From Bacteroidota bacterium (lineage in GTDB: Bacteria; Bacteroidota; Bacteroidia; 2-12-FULL-35-15), in assembly GCA_947466965.1 (NCBI GenBank), contig CANIFU010000002.1, forward strand, positions 85,081-149,080: a DNA stretch of 64,000 nucleotides. Reading direction: 5' to 3'. Positions 10,138 to 20,207 of this stretch are shown in pieces. Position 1 is the stretch's first letter, and each line of letters begins with the position of its first letter. The notes beneath the pieces were generated by a model, which saw nothing but the letters and a program-made list of their open reading frames with translations, was not told the DNA's origin and searched no databases. Both the position numbers and the translations under genes were made by a program.

Positions 10138-12831
10138 ATGAAAATCAATAAATACAGCTTATCGCTTATCGTTTTGCTGATCAGCTATTCTGTAGCAACC
10201 GCGCAGCAATTTATCCGTAAGGAAACAGGAAAGCTAATGACCTTTGTAGAAATGCAACGTCAGTTCTCCGCTTTTAAAAAGACACATGACTTGACAAAAA
10301 CGAAACATTGGAAATATTATAAGCGTTGGGAAAATGATATGCAGTATAAAACCGATGGACGTGGAGAACTCGCAGACCCTGCTATCTTTATAAATGAAGC
10401 TGTAAATCATGCGAACAACAAAATAGCATCGCCACCTTCTTCTGCATTTGCATCAGGAACGTGGTCTCCATTTGGACCATACAACTTACCGGGTAATCTA
10501 ACTGGGTATATGGAAAACGGAATGGGTCGCATAAACTGCATTGCTTTTCATCCGACAATTGCTACTACCTATTATGTGGGTGTAGCTCAAGGTGGATTAT
10601 GGAAAACAACAAACGATGGTTTGACATGGACTCCATTAACAGATAATCTACCAATCACCCGAATAAGTGATATTGTGATTGATCCTGCCAACACAAATAC
10701 CATGTATATTTCTGTTTGTGATTTCGAATACATCGATGTTGCTTTAAACATTGATGGCAGAAAAAGAAATACACATTATGGTTTGGGCGTTTATAAAACC
10801 ACCGATGGCGGCTTAACGTGGTCGCCAACCGGCTTGAGTTTTCAGTTAACAGATGGCGATGCTTCCCTCATCAGAAAAGTATTGATCAACCCGAGTAACA
10901 GTAATAGTTTGGTTGCCTGCGGTGTGAGCGGCATGTATACTTCTGCAAATGCCGGTGCAACCTGGACGCAGGTGCTAGATTCATTGTGCTGGGATCTCGT
11001 GCAGGATCCTGTAAATCCGAATATCATTTATGCAACATCGGGCTGGTTAGCAGGTTCCGGAAAAGGGTTTGCTGCTGTTTATAAATCAACAAATTTTGGT
11101 GCAAGCTGGGTGATGCTGCCAACCGGTATTCCGGGAACAGGGGTTATTCAACGGATAAAACTGGCGATTGCTCCTTCCGACAATACCGTAATTTATGCCA
11201 TGACAGTTGGTGTGGATGAAGGATCAGCGGGAATTTACAAATCAATAAATTCGGGTGCAACCTGGACTTTTATCGACCCGGGTGTGAATATGCTCGAGTA
11301 TAATGACGGATTTAATTCGGGTGGACAGGGAACCTATGATCTTGGATTTTCAGTAAACCCGACAAATAAAAACATGGTTTATGTTGGTGGTATAAATGTA
11401 TGGGCTTCCACCGATGGTGCAAATTCCTTTGAACCTGCCAGTCACTGGACCTTATTTTACGGAGCAACATTGCATGGCGACATTCATTTTATTGAAACCA
11501 ATCCCTTGACATCTGATATATTTGTTTGCAGCGATGGTGGTTTGTATAAAACAGATGCGATCACTTCTCAGCCATGGGCTTCAGCAACGGGAGGTTCTCC
11601 TTGGCCAACCACGTGGACAAATATCAGCAATGGAATGAACATCACTTCTTTTTATCGTTTATCCAGTTCAAAAAATGCTACAGGGCGGCTTTCCGCTGGT
11701 GCGCAGGATAATGCCACATTTTATTACGATGGTTCATCATGGAATACCATCTTTGGTGGTGATGGAATGGATAATTATTTAGATCCTGTTGATGATAATG
11801 TAATTATCGGATCCAGCCAGTATGGAAATTTTTATGTTTCAAACGATGGAGGCACTTCGGATGTTGGCGCGAATGTGAATGTGAACAGCGAAAATGGCGA
11901 ATGGGTCTCCCCTATTGTTGCTGATTACAATACTCCTGGAACACTCTATGCTGGATTTGTGAATGTAACAAAATCAACCGATGGCGGATATACTTGGACT
12001 GCTTTAAACGCGCTACCATCAAACGGTATTAACGACAATGAATTGAGTGCATTGGCAGTAGCGAATTCAAATAGTAATGTTTTGTATGCTGCAAGAAGAA
12101 TCCGTTTTGAATTCGGCTCACCTTCTGGAATGTATATTACTTCAGATGGTGGTAGCAGCTGGGCAGATATAACTGCAGGTTTACCCGATACATTGTATTT
12201 TACAAGCACAGATGTGAGCCAGACCGATGCGAATACTGCTTTTGTAACCTTGTCGGGATTTGTTGCCGGAGAAAAAGTTTACAAAACAATCAACGGTGGA
12301 AATACCTGGCAAAATATATCCTATAACCTGCCGAACATCCCCGTTAATTGTATTAAAACGGTTCCGGGAACAAACAAAAAAATGATCGCTACAGATCTTG
12401 GGATTTATGTGCTTGATGAAACAAGCAGTACTTGGATCAGTCAGAGTGTCGGTTTACCCAATGTGATCACCACCGATATCGAGTTCAATCAGGTATTGGA
12501 TAAGATTTATGTTTCCACTTTCGGAAGAGGTATTTGGGAAACAAATCTTTCTACAATGGTTGGCATCACAGATGTTACCTCTGTATCCATCGGAATTGAA
12601 TTATTCCCTTCTGTTAATGACGGTTCGTTTACGATTCGGTTTTCAGACATTTCCTTGGCAGACGAGCGTATTGATCTTGAAATAATTGATATTACTGGTA
12701 AGTTGGTTTATAAAGCTGCATTAAAAGGTAAAACAACATATCAGCAAAATCTTTCTCTGCCAGCCGGAATGTATTTTGCGAGAATTAAAAACGAGAAGAT
12801 CAGCGGTGTGAAAAGTTTTGTTGTGAAGTGA
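10138..12831 (+). CDS. BNR/Asp-box beta-propeller (VPS10/GH74-like) protein with T9SS type A CTD
   Basis: Signal peptide, many (S/T)xDGGxTW Asp-boxes, STFGRGIWE, C-terminal LFPS...DITGK...LPAGMYF...SFVVK. Confidence 0.85.
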   Translation: MKINKYSLSLIVLLISYSVATAQQFIRKETGKLMTFVEMQRQFSAFKKTHDLTKTKHWKYYKRWENDMQYKTDGRGELADPAIFINEAVNHANNKIASPPSSAFASGTWSPFGPYNLPGNLTGYMENGMGRINCIAFHPTIATTYYVGVAQGGLWKTTNDGLTWTPLTDNLPITRISDIVIDPANTNTMYISVCDFEYIDVALNIDGRKRNTHYGLGVYKTTDGGLTWSPTGLSFQLTDGDASLIRKVLINPSNSNSLVACGVSGMYTSANAGATWTQVLDSLCWDLVQDPVNPNIIYATSGWLAGSGKGFAAVYKSTNFGASWVMLPTGIPGTGVIQRIKLAIAPSDNTVIYAMTVGVDEGSAGIYKSINSGATWTFIDPGVNMLEYNDGFNSGGQGTYDLGFSVNPTNKNMVYVGGINVWASTDGANSFEPASHWTLFYGATLHGDIHFIETNPLTSDIFVCSDGGLYKTDAITSQPWASATGGSPWPTTWTNISNGMNITSFYRLSSSKNATGRLSAGAQDNATFYYDGSSWNTIFGGDGMDNYLDPVDDNVIIGSSQYGNFYVSNDGGTSDVGANVNVNSENGEWVSPIVADYNTPGTLYAGFVNVTKSTDGGYTWTALNALPSNGINDNELSALAVANSNSNVLYAARRIRFEFGSPSGMYITSDGGSSWADITAGLPDTLYFTSTDVSQTDANTAFVTLSGFVAGEKVYKTINGGNTWQNISYNLPNIPVNCIKTVPGTNKKMIATDLGIYVLDETSSTWISQSVGLPNVITTDIEFNQVLDKIYVSTFGRGIWETNLSTMVGITDVTSVSIGIELFPSVNDGSFTIRFSDISLADERIDLEIIDITGKLVYKAALKGKTTYQQNLSLPAGMYFARIKNEKISGVKSFVVK

Positions 12832-13021
12832 TCTCTTGATCACTTTTGATAATTCCGGAACAAGGTATCTGCTCAGCTCCCCCAGGGGGGTGTTTAGAAC
12901 ATACTCGCTATGTTACTATCTAAAGAAGCCTTTCAGTTTTTTTAAAGTTATTCAATTTATTAAAAGAGATGAATAAAAAAAGCAACGAAGCATATTTGAT
13001 TATATTTGTTAAAAAAAATCG

Positions 13022-14500
13022 ATGAAAAAAATTACCCCTTTTTTAATACTTTTTGTTGTTCATTTTCAAATACAAGCTACACATATAGTTGGAGGTGATA
13101 TCACATTAAAATCTGTGGGAGGCAATAACTATGAAGTAACACTTCGCTTTTACAGAGATTGCAGTCTTGGAACTGCAGCATTCGACAATCCAATTAATTT
13201 AGGTGTTTATGATCAACAAACAAACGCAGAAACCTTTCAATTCACATTACCCCTAATATCGACAGAGGTTTTAGTTTTGGGTGATTCTTGCTTCACTCCA
13301 GTAGGTTTATGTGTTGAAGAAGGCATATACAGAGATACAATAAATCTCCCCAACAATCCTAACGGATATTATCTTAGCTGGCAACGTTGTTGTAGAAACA
13401 ATATTATTCAAAACATAGTCCTTCCCGGGGATGCAGGTATGGTTTTCTATGTAGAGTTTCCTGACCCCTTAATTCTGAATTCTAGTCCAGTTTTTGGCTC
13501 CTATCCAAATGCATATTTATGCAACGGACAGCCAAATATTCAAAATTTTTCAGCCATTGATAACGATGGTGATTCTTTAGCTTATTTTTTAATTACTCCT
13601 TTAAATGGAAATGCATCAGCAGTAACTCCAATACCAACTCCAACTCCTGGACCATACTCGAGCATTACTTGGCAATTGCCTTATGGCCCAACGGATATGA
13701 TTGGAGGAACCCCTCCTATTTCAATCAGTCCCACTACCGGAATTCTTACAACCACTCCTTCAACCTTAGGAACATTTGTTTTCGCTGTAGTTGTAGAGGA
13801 ATACAGATCTGGAATAAAAATAGGAGAAGTAAGACGAGATATACAATATCAGGTAATCAGTTGTAACACAAACCAGGCACCAGTATTTATTCAACCTACA
13901 ATTACTTCTTATACAATTGTGGCAGGAGATTCAATTTGTATTCCGGTTGAAGCAACAGATATCAATTCAGATTGGGTTGGATTAAGCATTTCTTCTGAGC
14001 TATTATCAAACCCATCAACTCAAGTATATACTACTTTTACAAATGATAGCGCAATTGCTAATGTTCAGTCTTCGCTGTGCTTTCAGTCTAATTGCGCTCA
14101 CATAAGGGAAGGAGCATATACAGCTACATTTTACGCCAGAGACTACTCCTGCTATGGAACAAATGTTGTAACAAGTGTTGTAAACATAACAGTTCTTTCT
14201 CCAATAGAAGGGAAATTGGATAAGATACTCCCAAATGTTTTCACACCTAATAATGATAATAATAATGATTATTTTAAAGTAAATGCCGATAATATTAACG
14301 ATTGCTTTGATAAATTTCAGATAAAAATATACGAAAGGTGGGGCGAATTATTATTCGTTTCTGACGACTTTCATTTTAAGTGGGACGGAAAAAATAAAAA
14401 AGGAAAAAATATGTCCGATGGGGTTTATTTCTATATCATTGAAGGAAATTTCAAAAATGAAACATTTACATATAAAGGGAATATACAAATCTTACGATAG
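13022..14500 (+). CDS. T9SS type B CTD (gliding-motility-associated C-terminal domain) protein
   Basis: N-terminal THIVGGDI...FYRDC...CCRN domain. C-terminal PNVFTPNNDNNND...IYERWGE...WDG...GVYFY...KGNIQILR. TATATTTG promoter at 13001-13008. Confidence 0.88.
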   Translation: MKKITPFLILFVVHFQIQATHIVGGDITLKSVGGNNYEVTLRFYRDCSLGTAAFDNPINLGVYDQQTNAETFQFTLPLISTEVLVLGDSCFTPVGLCVEEGIYRDTINLPNNPNGYYLSWQRCCRNNIIQNIVLPGDAGMVFYVEFPDPLILNSSPVFGSYPNAYLCNGQPNIQNFSAIDNDGDSLAYFLITPLNGNASAVTPIPTPTPGPYSSITWQLPYGPTDMIGGTPPISISPTTGILTTTPSTLGTFVFAVVVEEYRSGIKIGEVRRDIQYQVISCNTNQAPVFIQPTITSYTIVAGDSICIPVEATDINSDWVGLSISSELLSNPSTQVYTTFTNDSAIANVQSSLCFQSNCAHIREGAYTATFYARDYSCYGTNVVTSVVNITVLSPIEGKLDKILPNVFTPNNDNNNDYFKVNADNINDCFDKFQIKIYERWGELLFVSDDFHFKWDGKNKKGKNMSDGVYFYIIEGNFKNETFTYKGNIQILR

Positions 14501-14514
14501 AAAAAAATCATTTT

Positions 14515-14546
14515 AAAACAGTCCTGAAATCAAACAGGACTGTTTT
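14515..14546 (+). terminator. Intrinsic terminator-like hairpin
   Basis: AAAACAGTCCTG-AAATCAAA-CAGGACTGTTTT. Confidence 0.7.
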
Positions 14547-14566
14547 CTTTTATATACATTTATATA

Positions 14567-14971
14567 ATGAAAAAAACAGCCGCCTTATTTATTTTTATTC
14601 TCTTTTCATACTCTTTTTCAATTAAAAAAGAGACAATTACTTGTGCTGTTAATTTCAATGGCATTTATGCTTTTCGATTAGATAATGAAAACTCTGCTAT
14701 ACTTCGTTTTTATGCTGATGGTTCAGTATTAGCATCTACTTCCATAAACGATTACATGGATGTTTTCAGTTGGTTTCACAAAGAAAATAAAGACATGGTT
14801 TTAAAAGGAACCTATAAAATAAAAAAATGCGAGATCAAGTTCGAAGTAAAAGGAATGACAGGAGAACAAACATATAAAGGAACTATTTCTGATAAAACAA
14901 TTGAAGTAAAATTAACCGACTATGATAGCAAAAAGACAGTGAAGAGAGTCTATACTTTTTTCGCTCTTTAA
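14567..14971 (+). CDS. Hypothetical exported protein
   Basis: 134 aa with a signal peptide (MKKTAALFIFILFSYSFS). No recognised family. Confidence 0.75.
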   Translation: MKKTAALFIFILFSYSFSIKKETITCAVNFNGIYAFRLDNENSAILRFYADGSVLASTSINDYMDVFSWFHKENKDMVLKGTYKIKKCEIKFEVKGMTGEQTYKGTISDKTIEVKLTDYDSKKTVKRVYTFFAL

Positions 14972-15222
14972 AATCAACTAAAACTTTGGAAAACTGTTTC
15001 TGCAATAAATATAGCTTCCTTATATAAGTCATACGGCACACCGATTAAACTGTTTAAAAATAAAAAATTTTTAGGCTGTAAAACAATCAAAATTATAACC
15101 ACTCTCACACGCATTAAAAACACCTATCTTTTTAAGTGTTTTAACATTATAATTTCATTCAAAAAAAACTGTCCCTTCAATAATACGAACAATTTTATTT
15201 ATTCGCAAAAAAACAAACTATT

Positions 15223-15238
15223 TTTAGACCTATCTAAA
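15223..15238. promoter_or_regulatory. Putative DtxR/MntR operator
   Basis: Palindrome TTTAGA-CCTA-TCTAAA 33 bp upstream of the DtxR-family regulator gene. It resembles TTAG-N6-CTAA MntR/SirR-type boxes. Confidence 0.6.
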
Positions 15239-15270
15239 TTATTTATTACATTTATATAAAATATTTAGGT

Positions 15271-15930
15271 ATGAATTCATTCACGGCAGAAAATTATTTG
15301 AAAGCTATTTACAAGTTAGTCGAACACAGCAGCAATCCTGTTTCCACAAATTCTATTGCTGAAAAGATGAATACAAAAGCAGCTAGCGTAACAGATATGT
15401 TAAAGAAGCTAGCGAATAAAAAGCTCATCAACTATCAAAAATACCAAGGTGTTTATCTTACTACGAAAGGTGAAAAAGTGGCATTAAGTGTTATACGAAA
15501 ACATCGGTTATGGGAAATGTTCTTATTAGAAAAGCTTGATTTTAAATGGGATGAGGTGCATGATGTTGCAGAGCAATTAGAACACATTAATTCAGAAAAA
15601 CTAATTTCTCAAATCGATAAATTTTTAAATTATCCAAAATTCGATCCCCATGGTGATCCAATTCCAGATGCAAATGGAAAAATTCAACAACAAAAATCAA
15701 ACTCAGTATCACACTACAAAAAAAACGATGCATTAATTATGACCGGTGTTGTAGATCATTCAGCGGTATTCCTTCAATATTTAGATAAATCCGGTTTAGC
15801 ATTAGGGAATGAAATTAGAATAAAGGAAGTAATTGAATTTGATAAATCATTAAAAATTACAATCAATAAAAAAAACACCCTTTTCATCAGTAATGAAGTC
15901 GCAAAAAATATATTAGCAATTACCAGATAA
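15271..15930 (+). CDS. mntR: DtxR/MntR-family metal-dependent transcriptional regulator with FeoA-like C-terminus
   Basis: ENYLKAIY, SVTDMLKKL, RKHRLWEMFL, EVHDVAEQLEH, DPHGDPIP. Confidence 0.9.
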   Translation: MNSFTAENYLKAIYKLVEHSSNPVSTNSIAEKMNTKAASVTDMLKKLANKKLINYQKYQGVYLTTKGEKVALSVIRKHRLWEMFLLEKLDFKWDEVHDVAEQLEHINSEKLISQIDKFLNYPKFDPHGDPIPDANGKIQQQKSNSVSHYKKNDALIMTGVVDHSAVFLQYLDKSGLALGNEIRIKEVIEFDKSLKITINKKNTLFISNEVAKNILAITR

Positions 15931-15932
15931 CG

Positions 15933-17807
15933 ATGAGCAAGCAATCAGAAAAATCGCTTTCGGAAGTGCATTCAAGTGTTGATACAATAAACAAATCAGG
16001 ATTCTGGAAAAAGCTATTTGCTTTCCTTGGTCCGGCATACCTTGTTAGTGTTGGCTATATGGATCCAGGCAACTGGGCAACTGATATCGCAGGTGGAAGT
16101 CAGTTTGGTTACAAATTACTTTGGGTTTTATTAATGAGCAACTTAATGGCTCTCCTCTTGCAGAGCCTGAGTGCAAAATTAGGATTGGTCAGAGGATTAG
16201 ATCTGGCGCAGGCATCCCGTCAGGCATATCCGCGGGCCATCAATTTTTTCAATTGGCTTTTAGCAGAAATAGCTATTGCAGCATGTGACCTTGCAGAAGT
16301 AATTGGAATGGCCATCGGTTTGCAATTGCTTTTCAACCTGCCACTTCTTGCCGGTGTTTCGATCAGTGTGGCCGATACCATTTTGTTATTGGTATTGCAA
16401 CGTTACGGCATGCGAAAAATGGAAGCATTTATATTAGCCTTAGTAACAACGATCGGAGTTGCATTTATTGCCGAACTGATCTTCGCTAAACCTGACGGCA
16501 TGGAGATGGTAAAAGGATTTATACCTTCCATGCCCAGCAATTCAGCTTTATATATTGCCATAGGTATAATAGGTGCTACAGTAATGCCACACAATTTATA
16601 CCTCCATTCTTCTTTGGTGCAAACACGTAAAATCAACCGATCACTAGCAGGAATAAAAGAAGCTATAAAATTTAATTTCATTGATACATTCATCGCTTTG
16701 AATATGGCTTTGTTTGTAAATGCAGCTATTTTAATACTTGCAGCCGCAGCCTTTTATACAACCGGACATAATGAAGTATCAGAAATACAAGATGCACATC
16801 GGTTATTAAGCAATATTTTAGGAAGTACCGCTCCTACATTATTTGCAATTGCATTAATCGCAGCAGGACAAAGCTCTACGTTAACAGGTACTTTATCGGG
16901 GCAAATTGTGATGGAAGGTTATTTGAATTTAAGAATTCAGCCTTGGCTTAGACGACTAATCACCCGCTTCATTGCAATCATTCCTGCATTTTTGGTCATC
17001 TACTTTTTAGGCGAAGATGCCACAGGAGAATTATTAATATTGAGTCAGGTGATATTAAGTTTGCAATTAGGATTTGCGGTAATTCCATTGATACATTTAA
17101 CAAGCAATAAAAAGCAAATGGGAGTGTTTGCAAATAAATTATGGGTGAAAATTTTGGCATGGTTCATAGCAGGAATCATTGTTATTTTAAACGCAAAATT
17201 AGTAGTCGAAACAATCACAAATTGGATCAGTAATTCTAGAAATCCGATGGTTTATTATTTAACAATTGTTCCGATGGTAATAGCAGCTGGATTCTTGTTA
17301 ATTTATATTATCATAGCTCCTATTATCAAAAATGTGAAGCAAAAAGCAAGTCATGCTCCAGATGATTTACCTTCTGATCTGAACATTACGGATACAAACA
17401 AATATAAACGCATTGCAATAACCGTTGATTTCAGTTTAAGTGATAGTAAAGCAATCAGCAATGCATTTTCACAAGGTGGTAAAAATGCGGAATACATTTT
17501 AATTCATATCGTTGAAACAGCCGGTGCGCGAATGATGGGACACGAAATCGATGATCTGGAAACGGTATCGGACAAATCCAATTTAGAAAAATACAGATCT
17601 GATCTGACAGAAAAAGGATATTCAGTTCAAACGAAACTCGGCTTCGGCAATGCGAAGAAAAGTATCCCCGAGATTGTAAACAACTGTGATTGTGATCTAT
17701 TGGTAATGGGTGCTCACGGACACAGAGCATTCAAAGATTTTCTATTCGGAACGACTCTTGACGAAGTAAGACACAATGTTAAAGTACCAGTATTAATTGT
17801 GAAGTAA
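15933..17807 (+). CDS. mntH: Nramp divalent metal transporter with C-terminal USP domain
   Basis: GYMDPGNWATD, GATVMPHNLYLHS, GQIVMEG. C-terminal DLLVMGAHGH...FGTTLDEV...VPVLIVK is USP-like. Confidence 0.93.
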   Translation: MSKQSEKSLSEVHSSVDTINKSGFWKKLFAFLGPAYLVSVGYMDPGNWATDIAGGSQFGYKLLWVLLMSNLMALLLQSLSAKLGLVRGLDLAQASRQAYPRAINFFNWLLAEIAIAACDLAEVIGMAIGLQLLFNLPLLAGVSISVADTILLLVLQRYGMRKMEAFILALVTTIGVAFIAELIFAKPDGMEMVKGFIPSMPSNSALYIAIGIIGATVMPHNLYLHSSLVQTRKINRSLAGIKEAIKFNFIDTFIALNMALFVNAAILILAAAAFYTTGHNEVSEIQDAHRLLSNILGSTAPTLFAIALIAAGQSSTLTGTLSGQIVMEGYLNLRIQPWLRRLITRFIAIIPAFLVIYFLGEDATGELLILSQVILSLQLGFAVIPLIHLTSNKKQMGVFANKLWVKILAWFIAGIIVILNAKLVVETITNWISNSRNPMVYYLTIVPMVIAAGFLLIYIIIAPIIKNVKQKASHAPDDLPSDLNITDTNKYKRIAITVDFSLSDSKAISNAFSQGGKNAEYILIHIVETAGARMMGHEIDDLETVSDKSNLEKYRSDLTEKGYSVQTKLGFGNAKKSIPEIVNNCDCDLLVMGAHGHRAFKDFLFGTTLDEVRHNVKVPVLIVK

Positions 17808-17837
17808 GCCAGTGCTTTTTATTACCTTTGCTACACA

Positions 17838-18290
17838 ATGATTACAGAAAACAATATCAATATAAAAAACAGGCAGGCTTCCTTTGAGTATGCCTTTATT
17901 GACAAATATCTTGCTGGGATACAGCTTTCCGGAACCGAGATCAAATCAATCAGAGAAGGAAAAGCAAATATTAGCGATGCATTTTGTGTTTTTCAACGCA
18001 ATGAATTGTTCATTCGAAATATGAATGTTTCGCCATATTTCAATGGCACTTATAATAATGTTCCTGAAAAACGGGATAGAAAACTGCTGTTAAACAGACA
18101 AGAATTGAATAAATTGCAAGGTAAACTAAAGGATCAGGGATTAACAGTGGTTCCCCTCCGCTTATTTATAAATGAAAAAGGGTTTGCAAAGGTTGAAATC
18201 GCGCTTGCAAAAGGTAAGAAGTTGTTTGATAAACGGGCGGATATTAAAAAGAAAGATACCGAAAGAGAAACAAACAGACGTTTAAAATAG
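17838..18290 (+). CDS. smpB: SsrA-binding protein
   Basis: AGIQLSGTEIKSIR, RDRKLLL, ALAKGKKLFDKR. TACCTTTG promoter at 17823-17830. Confidence 0.97.
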   Translation: MITENNINIKNRQASFEYAFIDKYLAGIQLSGTEIKSIREGKANISDAFCVFQRNELFIRNMNVSPYFNGTYNNVPEKRDRKLLLNRQELNKLQGKLKDQGLTVVPLRLFINEKGFAKVEIALAKGKKLFDKRADIKKKDTERETNRRLK

Positions 18291-18336
18291 TTTCACGATC
18301 AGTATCTTTTGATAAGTATAGTCTTAAAAAAAATCC

Positions 18337-18804
18337 TTATTTCTTTGTTTTTTCGCTACCTGAAAACTCGTATTTTTTCTTTTCAACTCCCGACTTCATC
18401 TGCACGATCGTACCTTCAATGTCGTAATTTATTACTGTAGCTTCCCATTTATAGTCGTTTTTATCTTCAGAGTAATTTGCTTCAAAAGCAACCATATGCA
18501 TTTCTACTTCATCCTCTGTGTAGGTTGAATCAAGAGTAACAATAAAGGCTACAGGAGGCAATGTCAATTTTTCATACATAAGATCAGCTTCCACCTTTCC
18601 AGATTTGATCAGGAACAAACTTGGAACGGCCTTACCTCTTCCTGTTGATTTTAATTCGTAAAACTGAACATTGTATTTTTTGTTTTCTAAAAATTTATTT
18701 TTCTCACCAGGCTTCGCTTTTTTCTGTCCAAATGTATTTATTGAAAGTAAAAGGAAAAAAATCAAAGAAAAGAAAGTAGTTAAAAGTGACTTGCTATTTA
18801 TCAT
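18337..18804 (-). CDS. Hypothetical exported protein
   Basis: 155 aa with a hydrophobic N-terminal signal peptide ending NTFGQ. Confidence 0.75.
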   Translation of the reverse strand: MINSKSLLTTFFSLIFFLLLSINTFGQKKAKPGEKNKFLENKKYNVQFYELKSTGRGKAVPSLFLIKSGKVEADLMYEKLTLPPVAFIVTLDSTYTEDEVEMHMVAFEANYSEDKNDYKWEATVINYDIEGTIVQMKSGVEKKKYEFSGSEKTKK

Positions 18805-18933
18805 TGCTGAAGTATTAATACGTTTAAATTTTAAATTTATCTGAACTATTTAGCCACATGCAATTATTTTGCCAAAAATTAAATATGGTGGTGTAAAACT
18901 ATACTTTATCTTTGTTTTTTAAAAGTTTTTCTA

Positions 18934-19812
18934 ATGAATATACAAAGTCGTCTATTATATTATTGCATCATCATTCCTATTTCGAGGCTTCCTTTTCCTT
19001 TCTTGTATGGATTATCAAGCTTTGTGTACCTTATTTTATACAAAGTGATCGGGTACAGGAAAAAGGTTGTTATAAGCAATATTCAGCGATCTTTTCCTGA
19101 AAAAACAGCGAAAGAGCATCAGGAGATCTGCGATAAATTTTACAGTCACTTTTGCGATCTTATTTTGGAAAGCATCAAAACCTTTACCATTTCTGAAAAG
19201 GAAGTGTTAAAAAGAGTGGTCTGCAAAAATCCAGAATTGATCAATAAATATTTTGAAGAAAAAAGAAGTGTAATCATCGCTGGAGGTCATCTTTCGAATT
19301 GGGAGATATTTGCAGTAGCGATTGATGCTTTAATAAAACATAAAACAATTGGTATCTATAAACCATTATCGAACAAGTATTTTGATACCAAAATGCGAAA
19401 CACCAGAAGCAAATATGGTTTGTATATGATTTCTACAAAGATTGTTAAGCAAGTTTATGAAGAGGAAAAAAATAATCTAACAGCAACTATATTTGCCATC
19501 GATCAATCACCTTCGAATGCGAATAATTGTCATTGGATGACTTTCCTTAATCAGGATACCGGAGTATTATTCGGAACAGAAAAGTTTGCAAAAGAATACA
19601 ATCAACCAGTATTGTACGGTCTTATCAAAAAAGAAAAAAGAGGTTTTTATAGTTTTGAATTTTTTGAAACAGTTGATAAGCCAATTGAAACACAACCGGG
19701 TGAAATAACAGAGATGGTAACCCGAATGCTAGAAAAAGATATCATTGCTACACCTCAACATTGGCTTTGGAGCCATAAAAGATGGAAACACAAACGTCCC
19801 GCAGGAAAATAA
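18934..19812 (+). CDS. Lipid A lauroyl/myristoyl-type (LpxL/HtrB family) acyltransferase
   Basis: GHLSNWE motif, AIDQSP, C-terminal PQHWLWSHKRWK. Confidence 0.9.
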   Translation: MNIQSRLLYYCIIIPISRLPFPFLYGLSSFVYLILYKVIGYRKKVVISNIQRSFPEKTAKEHQEICDKFYSHFCDLILESIKTFTISEKEVLKRVVCKNPELINKYFEEKRSVIIAGGHLSNWEIFAVAIDALIKHKTIGIYKPLSNKYFDTKMRNTRSKYGLYMISTKIVKQVYEEEKNNLTATIFAIDQSPSNANNCHWMTFLNQDTGVLFGTEKFAKEYNQPVLYGLIKKEKRGFYSFEFFETVDKPIETQPGEITEMVTRMLEKDIIATPQHWLWSHKRWKHKRPAGK

Positions 19813-19835
19813 TTTTTAATATAAAAATCAATAAC

Positions 19836-20207
19836 ATGAAAAAAATATTCTTTTTGGCAGCTACGGTTGCCATTACAAGTGCCGCTTGTAAAAGTTCAAA
19901 AGAAGTTTCAAAAACAGAAACACCGGTGATTAAAACTCCTGTTGATTGTTCCATTTCAGGAATGACGTATGCATCCATAAAACCCATTCTGGAAGTGAAT
20001 TGCAATAATTGTCACAGTAATGGTGGCGCAGGCGGATTTGACTTTACCGTATTTGCTGATGTAAAAAAAGCCGCTCAAAAAGGAGAACTTCTAGGAACAA
20101 TTAAACATGCTTCCGGTTTTCCCAAAATGCCAGCAAGATCAGAAAAACTAGATCAGGAATCGATCGATAAAATTGAATGTTGGATCAAAAACGGTATGAA
20201 AGAATAA
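19836..20207 (+). CDS. Monoheme cytochrome c lipoprotein
   Basis: Start MKKIFFLAA (19836), lipobox SAA-C, CNNCH heme-binding motif, distal PKMP Met, C-terminal IECWIKNG. Confidence 0.8.
   Translation: MKKIFFLAATVAITSAACKSSKEVSKTETPVIKTPVDCSISGMTYASIKPILEVNCNNCHSNGGAGGFDFTVFADVKKAAQKGELLGTIKHASGFPKMPARSEKLDQESIDKIECWIKNGMKE

Noticed and set aside
12890-12920. Second dif/att site bounding an island
   Set aside because: Only a partial XerD-arm match (CTATGTTAC), no convincing XerC arm, and the opposite orientation to the main site.
14974-15114. 46-aa minus-strand ORF (MRVRVVIILIV...)
   Set aside because: No recognisable motif or clear promoter; it cannot be distinguished from chance.
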